A stretch of DNA of 64,000 nt from Eledone cirrhosa (lineage: Eukaryota). Shown in pieces: positions 38,301 to 52,397 of this stretch. The DNA lies in the NCBI GenBank assembly GCA_964016885.1, contig OZ024741.1, positions 195,920,001 to 195,984,000 on the forward strand, given 5' to 3'. Within the stretch, counting starts at the first letter, position 1. Each line of letters starts with the position of its first letter. A model generated the notes under the pieces. The model was not told where the DNA came from. It saw only the letters and a program-made list of their open reading frames with translations, and made no database searches. The position numbers and the translations under genes are program-made.

Positions 38301-41300
38301 GTAGTGTGGCACCATATTATGCTAAGTATCAGCAGTGACAGGAACTGTAGTGTGGCACCATATTATTCTAAGTATCAGTAGTGGCAGGAACTGTAGTGTG
38401 GCACCATATTATGCTAAGTATCAGTAGTGACAGGAACTGTAGTGTGGCACCATATTATTCTAAGTATCAGTAGTGACAGGAACTGTAGTGTGGCACCATA
38501 TTATTCTAAGTATCAGTAGTGGCAGGAACTGTAGTGTGGCACCATATTATGCTAAGTATCAGCAGTGACAGGAACTGTAGTGTGGCACCATATTATGCTA
38601 AGTATCAGTAGTGGCAGGAACTGTAGTGTGGCACCATATTATGCTAAGTATCAGCAGTGGCAGGAACTGTAGTGTGGCACCATATTATGCTAAGTATCAG
38701 TAGTGACAGGAACTGTAGTGTGGCACCATATTATGCTAAGTATCAGTAGTGACAGGAACTGTAGTGTGGCACCATATTATTCTAAGTATTAGCAGTGACA
38801 GGAACTGTAGTGTGGCACCATATTATTCTAAGTATCAGTAGTGACAGGAACTGTAGTGTGGCACCATATTATTCTAAGTATTAGCAGTGGCAGGAACTGT
38901 AGTGTGGCACCATATTATGCTAAGTATAAGTAGTGGCAGGAACTGTAGTGTGGCACCATATTATGCTAAGTATCAGTGGTGACAGGAACTGTAGTGTGAC
39001 ACCGTATTATGCTAAGTATCAGTAGTGACAGGAACTGTAGTGTGGCACCATATTATTCTAAGTATCAGTAGTGACAGGAACTGTAGTGTGGCACCATATT
39101 ATGCTAAGTATCAGTAGTGACAGGAACTGTAGTGTGGCACCATATTATGCTAAGTATCAGTAGTGACAGGAACTGTAGTGTGGCACCATATTATGCTAAG
39201 TATCAGTAGTGACAGGAACTGTAGTGTGGCACCATATTATGCTAAGTATCAGTAGTGGCAGGAACTGTAGTGTGGCACCATATTATTCTAAGTATCAGTA
39301 GTGACAGGAACTGTAGTGTGGCACCATATTATGCTAAGTATCAGTAGTGACAGGAACTGTAGTGTGGCACCATATTATGCTAAGTATCAGTAGTGACAGG
39401 AACTGTAGTGTGGCACCATATTATTCTAAGTATTAGCAGTGGCAGGAACTGTAGTGTGGTACCATATTATGCTAAGCATCAGTAGTGACAGGAGCTGTAG
39501 TGTGACACCATATTATTCTAAGTATCAGTAGTGACAGGAACTGTAGTGTGGCACCATATTATGCTAAGTATCAGTAGTGACAGGAACTGTAGTGTGGCAC
39601 CATATTATGCTAAGTATCAGTAGTGGCAGGAACTGTAGTGTGGCACCATATTATTCTAAGTATCAGTAGTGACAGGAACTGTAGTGTGGCACCATATTAT
39701 TCTAAGTATCAGTAGTGACAGGAACTGTAGTGTGGCACCATATTATGCTAAGTATCAGTAGTGACAGGAACTGTAGTGTGGCACCATATTATTCTAAGTA
39801 TCAGTAGTGGCAGGAACTGTAGTGTGGCACCATATTATTCTAAGTATCAGTAGTGACAGGAACTGTAGTGTGGTACCATATTATTCTAAGTATCAGTAGT
39901 GACAGGAACTGTAGTGTGACACCATATTATGCTAAGTATCAGTAGTGGCAGGAACTGTAGTGTGACACCATATTATTCTAAGTATCAGTAGTGACAGGAA
40001 CTGTAGTGTGGTACCATATTATTCTAAGTATCAGTAGTGACAGGAACTGTAGTGTGGTACCATATTATTCTAAGTATCAGTAGTGGCAGGAACTGTAGTG
40101 TGACACCATATTATGCTAAGTATCAGCAGTGGCAGGAACTGTAGTGTGGTACCATATTATTCTAAGTATCAGTAGTGACAGGAACTGTAGTGTGACACCA
40201 TATTATGCTAAGTATCAACAGTGGCAGGAACTGTAGTGTGACACCATATTATTCTAAGTATCAGTAGTGACAGGAACTGTAGTGTGGTACCATATTATGC
40301 TAAGTATCAGTAGTGACAGGAACTGTAGTGTGGCACCATATTATGCTAAGTATCAGCAGTGGCAGGAACTGTAGTGTGGCACCATATTATGCTAAGTATC
40401 AGTAGTGGCAGGAACTGTAGTGTGGTACCATATTATTCTAAGTATCAGTATTGACAGGAACTGTAGTGTGGTACCATATTATTCTAAGTATCAGTATTGA
40501 CAGGAACTGTAGTGTGGTACCATATTATTCTAAGTATCAGTATTGACAGGAACTGTAGTGTGGTGCCATATTATTCTAAGTATCAGTAGTGACAGGAACT
40601 GTAGTGTGGCACCATATTATGCTAAGTATCAGTAGTGACAGGAACTGTAGTGTGGTACCATATTATTCTAAGTATCAGTAGTGACAGGAACTGTAGTGTG
40701 GCACCATATTATTCTAAGTATCAGTAGTGGCAGGAACTGTAGTGTGGCACCATATTATGCTAAGTATCAGCAGTGGCAGGAACTGTAGTGTGGCACCATA
40801 TTATGCTAAGTATCAGTAGTGACAGGAACTGTAGTGTGACACCATATTATGCTAAGTATCAGTAGTGACAGGAACTGTAGTGTGGCACCATATTATTCTA
40901 AGTATCAGTAGTTACAGGAACTGTAGTGTGGCACCATATTATTCTAAGTATCAGTAGTGACAGGAACTGTAGTGTGGTACCATATTATTCTAAGTATCAG
41001 TAGTGACAGGAACTGTAGTGTGGCACCATATGCTAAGTATCAGTAGTGACAGGAACTGTAGTGTGGCACCATATTATTCTAAGTATCAGTAGTGACAGGA
41101 ACTGTAGTGTGGCACCATATTATGCTAAGTATCAGTAGTGACAGGAACTGTAGTGTGGCACCATATTATTCTAAGTATTAGCAGTGGCAGGAACTGTAGT
41201 GTGGTACCATATTATGCTAAGTATCAGTAGTGACTGGAGCTGTAGTGTGACACCATATTATTCTAAGTATCAGTAGTGACAGGAACTGTAGTGTGGCACC

Positions 41301-44300
41301 ATATTATGCTAAGTATCAGTAGTGACAGGAACTGTAGTGTGGCACCATATTATGCTAAGTATCAGTAGTGGCAGGAACTGTAGTGTGGCACCATATTATT
41401 CTAAGTATCAGTAGTGGCAGGAACTGTAGTGTGACACCATATTATTCTAAGTATCAGTAGTGACAGGAACTGTAGTGTGGCACCATATTATTCTAAGTAT
41501 CAGTAGTGACAGGAACTGTAGTGTGGTACCATATTATGTTAAGTATCAGTAGTGGCAGGAACTGTAGTGTGGCACCATATTATGCTAAGTATCAGTAGTG
41601 ACAGGAACTGTAGTGTGGCACCATATTATGCTAAGTATCAGTAGTGACAGGAACTGTAGTGTGGCACCATATTATTCTAAGTATCAGTAGTGACAGGAAC
41701 TGTAGTGTGGCACCATATTATGCTAAGTATCAGTAGTGTGACACCATATTATGCTAAGTATCAGCAGTGGCAGGAACTGTAGTGTGGCACCATATTATTC
41801 TAAGTATCAGTAGTGACAGGAACTGTAGTGTGGCACCATATTATTCTAAGTATCAGTAGTGACAGGAACTGTAGTGTGGCACCATATTATTCTAAGTATC
41901 AGTAGTGACAGGAACTGTAGTGTGGCACCATATTATTCTAAGTATCAGTAGTGACAGGAACTGTAGTGTGGCACCATATTATTCTAAGTATCAGTAGTGA
42001 CAGGAACTGTAGTGTGGCACCATATTATGCTAAGTATCAGTAGTGACAGGAACTGTAGTGTGGCACCATATTATGCTAAGTATCAGTAGTGACAGGAACT
42101 GTAATGTGGCACCATATTATGCTAAGTATCAGTAGTGACAGGAACTGTAGTGTGGCACCATATTATGCTAAGTATCAGTAGTGACAGGAACTGTAGTGTG
42201 ACACCATATTATTCTAAGTATCAGTAGTGGCAGGAACTGTAGTGTGGCACCATATTATGCTAAGTATCAGTAGTGACAGGAACTGTAGTGTGGCACCATA
42301 TTATTCTAAGTATCAGCAGTGACAGGAACTGTAGTGTGACACCATATTATGCTAAGCATCAGTAGTGGCAGGAACTGTAGTGTGGCACCATTTTATGCTA
42401 AGTATCAGTAGTGACAGGAACTGTAGTGTGGCACCATATTATGCTAAGTATCAGTAGTGACAGGAACTGTAGTGTGGCACCATATTATGCTAAGTATCAG
42501 TAGTGACAGGAACTGTAGTGTGGCACCATATTATTCTAAGTATCAGTAGTGGCAGGAACTGTAGTGTGGCACCATATTATTCTAAGTATCAGTAGTGACA
42601 GGAACTGTAGTGTGGCACCATATTATTCTAAGTATCAGTAGTGGCAGGAACTGTAGTGTGGCACCATATTATTCTAAGTATCAGTAGTGACAGGAACTGT
42701 AGTGTGGCACCATATTATGCTAAGTATCAGTAGTGGCAGGAACTGTAGTGTGGCACCATATTATTCTAAGTATCAGTAGTGGCAGGAACTGTAGTGTGGC
42801 ACCATATTATGCTAAGTATCAGTAGTGGCAGGAACTGTAGTGTGGCACCATATTATTCTAAGTATCAGTAGTGACAGGAACTGTAGTGTGGCACCATATT
42901 ATGCTAAGTATCAGTAGTGACAGGAACTGTAGTGTGACACCATATTATTCTAAGTATCAGTAGTGACAGGAACTGTAGTGTGGCACCATATTATTCTAAG
43001 TATCAGTAGTGACAGGAACTGTAGTGTGGCACCATATTATGCTAAGTATCAGTAGTGACAGGAACTGTAGTGTGGTACCATATTATGCTAAGTATCAGTA
43101 GTGACAGGAACTGTAGTGTGGCACCATATTATTCTAAGTATCAGTAGTGACAGGAACTGTAGTGTGGCACCATATTATGCTAAGTATCAGTAGTGACAGG
43201 AACTGTAGTGTGGCACCATATTATTCTAAGTATCAATAGTGACAGGAGCTGTAGTGTGGCACCATATTATGCTAAGTATCAGTAGTTACCGGAACTGTAG
43301 TGTGGCACCATATTATTCTAAGTATCAGTAGTGACAGGAACTGTAGTGTGACACCATATTATTCTAAGTATCAATAGTGACAGGAGCTGTAGTGTGGCAC
43401 CATATTATGCTAAGTATCAGTAGTGACAGGAACTGTAGTGTGGCACCATATTCTAAGTATCAGTAGTGACAGGAACTGTAGTGTGACACCATATTATTCT
43501 AAGTATCAGTAGTGACAGGAACTGTAGTGTGGCACCATATTATTCTAAGTATCAGCAGTGACAGGAACTGTAGTGTGGCACCATATTATTCTAAGTATCA
43601 GTAGTGACAGGAACTGTAGTGTGGCACCATATTATTCTAAGTATCAGTAGTGGCAGGAACTGTAGTGTGACACCATATTATGCTAATTATCAGCAGTGGC
43701 AGGAACTGTAGTGTGACACCATATTATGCTAAGTATCAGTAGTGGCAGGAACTGTAGTGTGACACCATATTATGCTAAGTATCAGTAGTGGCAGGAACTG
43801 TAGTGTGGCACCATATGCTAAGTATCAGTAGTGACAGGAACTGTAGTGTGGTACCATATTATGCTAAGTATCAGTAGTGACAGGAACTGTAGTGTGGCAC
43901 CATATTATGCTAAGTATCAGTAATGACAGGAACTGTAGTGTGGCACCATATTATGCTAAGTATCAGTAGTGACAGGAACTGTAGTGTGGCACCATATTAT
44001 GCTAAGTATCAGTAGTGGCAGGAACTGTAGTGTGACACCATATTATGCTAAGTATCAGTAGTGACAGGAACTGTAGTGTGACACCATATTATGCTAAGTA
44101 TCAGTAGTGGCAGGAACTGTAGTGTGACACCATATTATGCTAAGTATCAGTAGTGACAGGAACTGTAGTGTGACACCATATTATTCTAAGTATCAGTAGT
44201 TACAGGAACTGTAGTGTGGCACCATATTATGCTAAGTATCAGTAGTGACAGGAACTGTAGTGTGGCACCATATTATGCTAAGTATCAGCAGTGGCAGGAA

Positions 44301-47300
44301 CTGTAGTGTGGCACCATATTATGCTAAGTATCAGTAGTGACAGGAACTGTAGTGTGGCACCATATTATGCTAAGTATCAGTAGTGACAGGAACTGTAGTG
44401 TGGCACCATATTATTCTAAGTATCAGTAGTGACAGGAGCTGTAGTGTGGCACCATATTATGCTAAGTATCAGTAGTTACAGGAACTGTAGTGTGGCACCA
44501 TATTATTCTAAGTATCAGTAGTGACAGGAACTGTAGTGTGGCACCATATTATTCTAAGTATCAGTAGTGACAGGAGCTGTAGTGTGGCACCATATTATGC
44601 TAAGTATCAGTAGTTACAGGAACTGTAGTGTGGCACCATATTATTCTAAGTATCAGTAGTGACAGGAGCTGTAGTGTGGCACCATATTATGCTAAGTATC
44701 AGTAGTTACAGGAACTGTAGTGTGGCACCATATTATTCTAAGTATCAGTAGTGACAGGAACTGTAGTGTGGCACCATATTATTCTAAGTATCAGCAGTGA
44801 CAGGAACTGTAGTGTGGCACCATATTATTCTAAGTATCAGTAGTGACAGGAACTGTAGTGTGGCACCATATTATTCTAAGTATCAGTAGTGGCAGGAACT
44901 GTAGTGTGACACCATATTATTCTAAGTATCAGTAGTGACAGGAACTGTAGTGTGGCACCATATTATGCTAAGTATCAGTAATGACAGGAACTGTAGTGTG
45001 ACACCATATTATGCTAATTATCAGCAGTGGCAGGAACTGTAGTGTGACACCATATTATGCTAAGTATCAGTAGTGACAGGAACTGTAGTGTGACACCATA
45101 TTATTCTAAGTATCAGCAGTGGCAGGAACTGTAGTGTGGTACCATATTATGCTAAGTATCAGTAGTGACAGGAACTGTAGTGTGGCACCATATTATGCTA
45201 AGTATCAGTAGTGGCAGGAACTGTAGTGTGGTACCATATTATGTTAAGTATCAGTAGTGGCAGGAACTGTAGTGTGGCACCATATTATGCTAAGTATCAG
45301 TAGTGACAGGAACTGTAGTGTGGTACCATATTATGTTAAGTATCAGTAGTGGCAGGAACTGTAGTGTGGCACCATATTATGCTAAGTATCAGCAGTGACA
45401 GGAACTGTAGTGTGGCACCATATTATTCTAAGTATCAGTAGTGGCAGGAACTGTAGTGTGGCACCATATTATGCTAAGTATCAGTAGTGACAGGAACTGT
45501 AGTGTGGTACCATATTATTCTAAGTATCAGTAGTGACAGGAACTGTAGTGTGGCACCATATTATTCTAAGTATCAGTAGTGGCAGGAACTGTAGTGTGGC
45601 ACCATATTATGCTAAGTATCAGCAGTGACAGGAACTGTAGTGTGGCACCATATTATGCTAAGTATCAGTAGTGGCAGGAACTGTAGTGTGGCACCATATT
45701 ATGCTAAGTATCAGCAGTGGCAGGAACTGTAGTGTGGCACCATATTATGCTAAGTATCAGCAGTGACAGGAACTGTAGTGTGGCACCATATTATTCTAAG
45801 TATCAGTAGTGGCAGGAACTGTAGTGTGGCACCATATTATGCTAAGTATCAGTAGTGACAGGAACTGTAGTGTGGCACCATATTATTCTAAGTATCAGTA
45901 GTGACAGGAACTGTAGTGTGGCACCATATTATTCTAAGTATCAGTAGTGGCAGGAACTGTAGTGTGGCACCATATTATGCTAAGTATCAGCAGTGACAGG
46001 AACTGTAGTGTGGCACCATATTATGCTAAGTATCAGTAGTGGCAGGAACTGTAGTGTGGCACCATATTATGCTAAGTATCAGCAGTGGCAGGAACTGTAG
46101 TGTGGCACCATATTATGCTAAGTATCAGTAGTGACAGGAACTGTGGTGTGGCACCATATTATGCTAAGTATCAGTAGTGACAGGAACTGTAGTGTGGCAC
46201 CATATTATTCTAAGTATTAGCAGTGACAGGAACTGTAGTGTGGCACCATATTATTCTAAGTATCAGTAGTGACAGGAACTGTAGTGTGGCACCATATTAT
46301 TCTAAGTATTAGCAGTGGCAGGAACTGTAGTGTGGCACCATATTATGCTAAGTATAAGTAGTGGCAGGAACTGTAGTGTGGCACCATATTATGCTAAGTA
46401 TCAGTGGTGACAGGAACTGTAGTGTGACACCGTATTATGCTAAGTATCAGTAGTGACAGGAACTGTAGTGTGGCACCATATTATTCTAAGTATCAGTAGT
46501 GACAGGAACTGTAGTGTGGCACCATATTATGCTAAGTATCAGTAGTGACAGGAACTGTAGTGTGGCACCATATTATGCTAAGTATCAGTAGTGACAGGAA
46601 CTGTAGTGTGGCACCATATTATGCTAAGTATCAGTAGTGACAGGAACTGTAGTGTGGCACCATATTATGCTAAGTATCAGTAGTGGCAGGAACTGTAGTG
46701 TGGCACCATATTATTCTAAGTATCAGTAGTGACAGGAACTGTAGTGTGGCACCATATTATGCTAAGTATCAGTAGTGACAGGAACTGTAGTGTGGCACCA
46801 TATTATGCTAAGTATCAGTAGTGACAGGAACTGTAGTGTGGCACCATATTATTCTAAGTATTAGCAGTGGCAGGAACTGTAGTGTGGTACCATATTATGC
46901 TAAGCATCAGTAGTGACAGGAGCTGTAGTGTGACACCATATTATTCTAAGTATCAGTAGTGACAGGAACTGTAGTGTGGCACCATATTATGCTAAGTATC
47001 AGTAGTGACAGGAACTGTAGTGTGGCACCATATTATGCTAAGTATCAGTAGTGGCAGGAACTGTAGTGTGGCACCATATTATTCTAAGTATCAGTAGTGA
47101 CAGGAACTGTAGTGTGGCACCATATTATTCTAAGTATCAGTAGTGACAGGAACTGTAGTGTGGCACCATATTATGCTAAGTATCAGTAGTGACAGGAACT
47201 GTAGTGTGGCACCATATTATTCTAAGTATCAGTAGTGGCAGGAACTGTAGTGTGGCACCATATTATTCTAAGTATCAGTAGTGACAGGAACTGTAGTGTG

Positions 47301-49559
47301 GTACCATATTATTCTAAGTATCAGTAGTGACAGGAACTGTAGTGTGACACCATATTATGCTAAGTATCAGTAGTGGCAGGAACTGTAGTGTGACACCATA
47401 TTATTCTAAGTATCAGTAGTGACAGGAACTGTAGTGTGGTACCATATTATTCTAAGTATCAGTAGTGACAGGAACTGTAGTGTGGTACCATATTATTCTA
47501 AGTATCAGTAGTGGCAGGAACTGTAGTGTGACACCATATTATGCTAAGTATCAGCAGTGGCAGGAACTGTAGTGTGGTACCATATTATTCTAAGTATCAG
47601 TAGTGACAGGAACTGTAGTGTGACACCATATTATGCTAAGTATCAACAGTGGCAGGAACTGTAGTGTGACACCATATTATTCTAAGTATCAGTAGTGACA
47701 GGAACTGTAGTGTGGTACCATATTATGCTAAGTATCAGTAGTGACAGGAACTGTAGTGTGGCACCATATTATGCTAAGTATCAGCAGTGGCAGGAACTGT
47801 AGTGTGGCACCATATTATGCTAAGTATCAGTAGTGGCAGGAACTGTAGTGTGGTACCATATTATGTTAAGTATCAGTATTGACAGGAACTGTAGTGTGGT
47901 ACCATATTATTCTAAGTATCAGTATTGACAGGAACTGTAGTGTGGTACCATATTATTCTAAGTATCAGTATTGACAGGAACTGTAGTGTGGTGCCATATT
48001 ATTCTAAGTATCAGTAGTGACAGGAACTGTAGTGTGGCACCATATTATGCTAAGTATCAGTAGTGACAGGAACTGTAGTGTGGTACCATATTATTCTAAG
48101 TATCAGTAGTGACAGGAACTGTAGTGTGGCACCATATTATTCTAAGTATCAGTAGTGGCAGGAACTGTAGTGTGGCACCATATTATGCTAAGTATCAGCA
48201 GTGGCAGGAACTGTAGTGTGGCACCATATTATGCTAAGTATCAGTAGTGACAGGAACTGTAGTGTGACACCATATTATGCTAAGTATCAGTAGTGACAGG
48301 AACTGTAGTGTGGCACCATATTATTCTAAGTATCAGTAGTTACAGGAACTGTAGTGTGGCACCATATTATTCTAAGTATCAGTAGTGACAGGAACTGTAG
48401 TGTGGTACCATATTATTCTAAGTATCAGTAGTGACAGGAACTGTAGTGTGGCACCATATGCTAAGTATCAGTAGTGACAGGAACTGTAGTGTGGCACCAT
48501 ATTATTCTAAGTATCAGTAGTGACAGGAACTGTAGTGTGGCACCATATTATGCTAAGTATCAGTAGTGACAGGAACTGTAGTGTGGCACCATATTATTCT
48601 AAGTATTAGCAGTGGCAGGAACTGTAGTGTGGTACCATATTATGCTAAGTATCAGTAGTGACTGGAGCTGTAGTGTGACACCATATTATTCTAAGTATCA
48701 GTAGTGACAGGAACTGTAGTGTGGCACCATATTATGCTAAGTATCAGTAGTGACAGGAACTGTAGTGTGGCACCATATTATGCTAAGTATCAGTAGTGGC
48801 AGGAACTGTAGTGTGGCACCATATTATTCTAAGTATCAGTAGTGGCAGGAACTGTAGTGTGACACCATATTATTCTAAGTATCAGTAGTGACAGGAACTG
48901 TAGTGTGGCACCATATTATTCTAAGTATCAGTAGTGACAGGAACTGTAGTGTGGTACCATATTATGTTAAGTATCAGTAGTGGCAGGAACTGTAGTGTGG
49001 CACCATATTATGCTAAGTATCAGTAGTGACAGGAACTGTAGTGTGGCACCATATTATGCTAAGTATCAGTAGTGACAGGAACTGTAGTGTGGTACCATAT
49101 TATGTTAAGTATCAGTAGTGGCAGGAACTGTAGTGTGGAACCATATTATGTTAAGTATCAGTAGTGACAGGAACTGTAGTGTGGCACCATATTATTCTAA
49201 GTATCAGTAGTGACAGGAACTGTAGTGTGGCACCATATTATGCTAAGTATCAGTAGTGACAGGAACTGTAGTGTGGAACCATATTATTCTAAGTATCAGT
49301 AGTGACAGGAACTGTAGTGTGGCACCATATTATTCTAAGTATCAGTAGTGACAGGAACTGTAGTGTGGCACCATATTATTGTAAGTATCAGTAGTGACAG
49401 GAACTGTAGTGTGGCACCATATTATTCTAAGTATCAGTAGTGGCAGGAACTGTAGTGTGACACCATATTATGCTAAGTATCAGTAGTGACAAGAACTGTA
49501 GTGTGGCACCATATTATTCTAAGTATCAGTAGTGGCAGGAACTGTAATGTGGCACCATA
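23359..49559 (+). repeat. Intronic 46-bp satellite array, ~26.2 kb (~570 units)
   Basis: Unit CATATTAT(T/G)CTAAGTATCAGTAGTG(A/G)CAGGAACTGTAGTGTG(G/A)CAC repeated head-to-tail with few indels; no ORF >=60 aa in any frame. Confidence 0.98.
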
Positions 49560-49644
49560 GCTTCTAGGGAAACCAACACCATGACCTGGTTTTGTAATAT
49601 CACAAAAACATAGTGTTTGATTCATTTTTTGATTTTCTTCATAG

Positions 49645-49794
49645 GTGAAGCAGTGTCCTACAATTGTGGCCAAAATCAAAGAGATGGAAGAATATTACCA
49701 GAAAACGAATAAAATACTCAATCTGAACTCGATTTTGACAACACCTATACAAAAAATCACAAAATATCCTTTATTACTTGAAAATCTGCTGAAT
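49645..49794 (+). CDS. Exon C of the DH-domain RhoGEF
   Basis: ttttcttcatAG acceptor, GTGAGT donor at 49795. The 150 nt (phase 0-0) translate VKQCPTIVAKIKEMEEYYQKTNKILNLNSILTTPIQKITKYPLLLENLLN, the DH CR3 'L..P(V/I)Q(R/K)I.(K/R)YPLLL' motif. Confidence 0.92.
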
Positions 49795-51162
49795 GTGAGT
49801 CTTCATTTTAACAGTTTCCATCCATTTTAGCTTCACAGCATTAAAGTTTCTTCTGTAGTGTATAATTCTTGAGTTAATAAGTAATTGAACTATCAGCATA
49901 GGAGGTGTGAGTCTAAAGTCGCCACTGGCATCTCTGAGCAGAACATTTTATTCAATTTATTTAATTTACCTGATTTTCTGATAGATTAGTATCATATTTT
50001 GTTTTTACCTTTAAAAACTATGTATTCTATAAATGAGAAAAATGTACTATTTCTTCATCATTGTCTCTTGGAAGTCAATGGTGATGATGCATTTGTTAAT
50101 ATGCAAGGAGCTACAGAAACCAAAATCCAAGGCTGACAGGCTTTTAGATGGAATGCTGTTAACATAATTAAGGTGGATGTGGTGTAGCTATTATATATGC
50201 AGCAGCAGTTATTCTTAGAGTTCACTGCCATTTTTCTAAATAAGCATTTTAATTGGTCTTGTCTTTAGTAGCCACTTAAAGTTACCAACATTTGGAGTCT
50301 ACTCACTTGATGTTAGCCATAAAGACTTTAGTTATGCCAAAGACATGACAACCTCTGTAGGGTTTGTGATCTATACGATAAATACACCCATTACACTATG
50401 TAAAGTTGTTGGTGGTAAAGGGTTGAAAAGACTTCAGTTATATCAAAGAGATAACCTCCCTTGTGTTAGCGATATACATGATAAACTTACCCAAAGCACC
50501 ATGTAATGTAGTTGGTGATAAGGAGAGCATCCAGCCATCAAAAATCTGTAAAACAAAGGGTCAGGAGAACTCTTCAGCTGTGTCAATGACATGACAACCT
50601 TCCTGATGCTGATACCATAATAAAATACACTCGGTAGAACATGCGGTTGTATGTAAGCAAGATACAGTGCCCTGGCCCATTTGAGAGCTCAGTAGCACCA
50701 CATGAGTACTGACTCAAGTCATGAAAGTCTGTACAACCTTTGCTAGCAAGAAAAATGGATGTTAAAAGATGATGTTGATGATATTCTGTGCTTGCAATTG
50801 ACATTCACTAAATCTCTACAGAAAGTTTATCTTAGAATTCTTGTTTAGTCCTTGCAGTTTGCATGTCTAATTCACATATGGACATGTCCTTATGTAAAAT
50901 GTTCTGTAGTATTAAATTATTGTTTTTTCAATGTGTGAAATTACTACCCCATCTCTCATGCTACTCTACTGCATGTTGCAATAGCTGTATGCAGCATTAC
51001 CATTTCTTATACTGCACCACAGTTATAACTATTCTCTGTATTGTGTGACTATTATTTGTTTTGCTTCTTTTTTTGTGTTATAGTTAATTTTTATAGTTTA
51101 TGCTTTTGTTACATATTTCAATTGTGTGAATAGATTATGAAAAGTACCATGTTTGTTTTTAG

Positions 51163-51268
51163 GAAACTGAAGTTGAACATATGGATTTCAAGGGACTGCA
51201 ACAAGCCAGTGATTGCATGAAGGAGGTTGTCAATCATGTAAATGAGAGTAAACGAAAAAATGAAGTTG
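51163..51268 (+). CDS. Exon D of the DH-domain RhoGEF (DH C-terminal helix)
   Basis: gtttgtttttAG acceptor, GTAAAT donor at 51269. The 106 nt translate ETEVEHMDFKGLQQASDCMKEVVNHVNESKRKNEV-, containing 'T...H.D...L..A...M......VNE.KR'; ends in phase 1. Confidence 0.9.
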
Positions 51269-51351
51269 GTAAATACAAAGATTTTGTTGTTTTATTTCAC
51301 TAGAATTGATTTCATACTTAAGCACTTTTGCAAGAGATGGGAATGTGATGC

Positions 51352-51402
<51 letters not shown>

Positions 51403-51498
51403 ACATATATGCAGAAGTTATATTTTGTTGCCCTTGAAATATATATAAAATAAATATGGTTTTATAAATATAGTTTCCATTTATTAAATAAATTATGT

Positions 51499-51564
<66 letters not shown>

Positions 51565-51798
51565 ATGTATATATGTGTATGTATATATATATATATTTAT
51601 TTGGGTTTGTTGGTTCACCACTAGATAGAACTGGTCTTTCCGTATGGTCAATCTCGATGTAATATTATGGAGAGCAGTCAACGTAATGCAACTCACCCGT
51701 CTTCGTTTGTGTAGTTGGTAGTGCGAGTACGGAGTTAATTATTATAAAATAACAGGAAGCTGGACTGGTGTAAATCCTTGAAAGGTTTATTATAATAT

Positions 51799-52133
51799 GG
51801 AGGCACATGGCTTAGTGGTTAGAGCATTGGCCTTGCAGTCGAAAGGTTGTGAGTTCAATTCTCAGACTGGGTGATGTGTTGTTTCCTTGAGCAAGACACT
51901 TTATTTCACATTGCTCCAGTTTACTCAGCTGTAGAAATGAGATGATAGTGACTGGGGTCCATCTCATTCCACTGCAAAGTGGTCGTGCAGGTGCCACGGC
52001 AAAAAAGCACCCAGCACTCACTGTAAATGAGGTTGGTGTTAGGAAGGGCATCCAGCTGTAGAAATCAAGCCAAAATCAGTTCCCGTCCCACCCTTGCAAG
52101 CAGGGAAAAAGCGGACGTAAAATGAAATGATGA
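51799..52133 (+). mobile_element. tRNA-derived SINE, family 1 (full length)
   Basis: Pol III A box tggcttagtgg, B box gagttcaattc, core tgtgttgtttccttgagcaagacactttatttcac, RTE-like tail aggaagggcatccagctgtagaaa...gcggacgtaaaatg(atg)n. Confidence 0.88.
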
Positions 52134-52397
52134 TCATCATCATCATTTCAATGACCGGGTTTAGTATGAATCCAGTGAAATCATCAGGTATTCAAAATAT
52201 AACAGATAAAATCCATGGGGCTGAAAATCAGAGACAAGAGGATGACCGACTATTTAGCAGCTTCTACCTCAGTCAGTAGCCCTCGAGTGTTGATTATTAA
52301 GTCTACTTATGACCATCTGGTGAGGAGGCGTAAGCTTATAATGTGCTACTACCTCCCCATCAAAGAGAAATGTCAGTGTTGAGGTCATGCCACAATC

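Noticed and set aside
23359-49559. CRISPR-like array
   Set aside because: Units are contiguous near-identical 46-mers with no unique spacers, there are no cas genes, and the context is a eukaryotic intron.
51799-51875. tRNA gene
   Set aside because: A and B boxes are present, but the sequence continues into SINE core and tail and recurs in several copies, so it is a SINE head.
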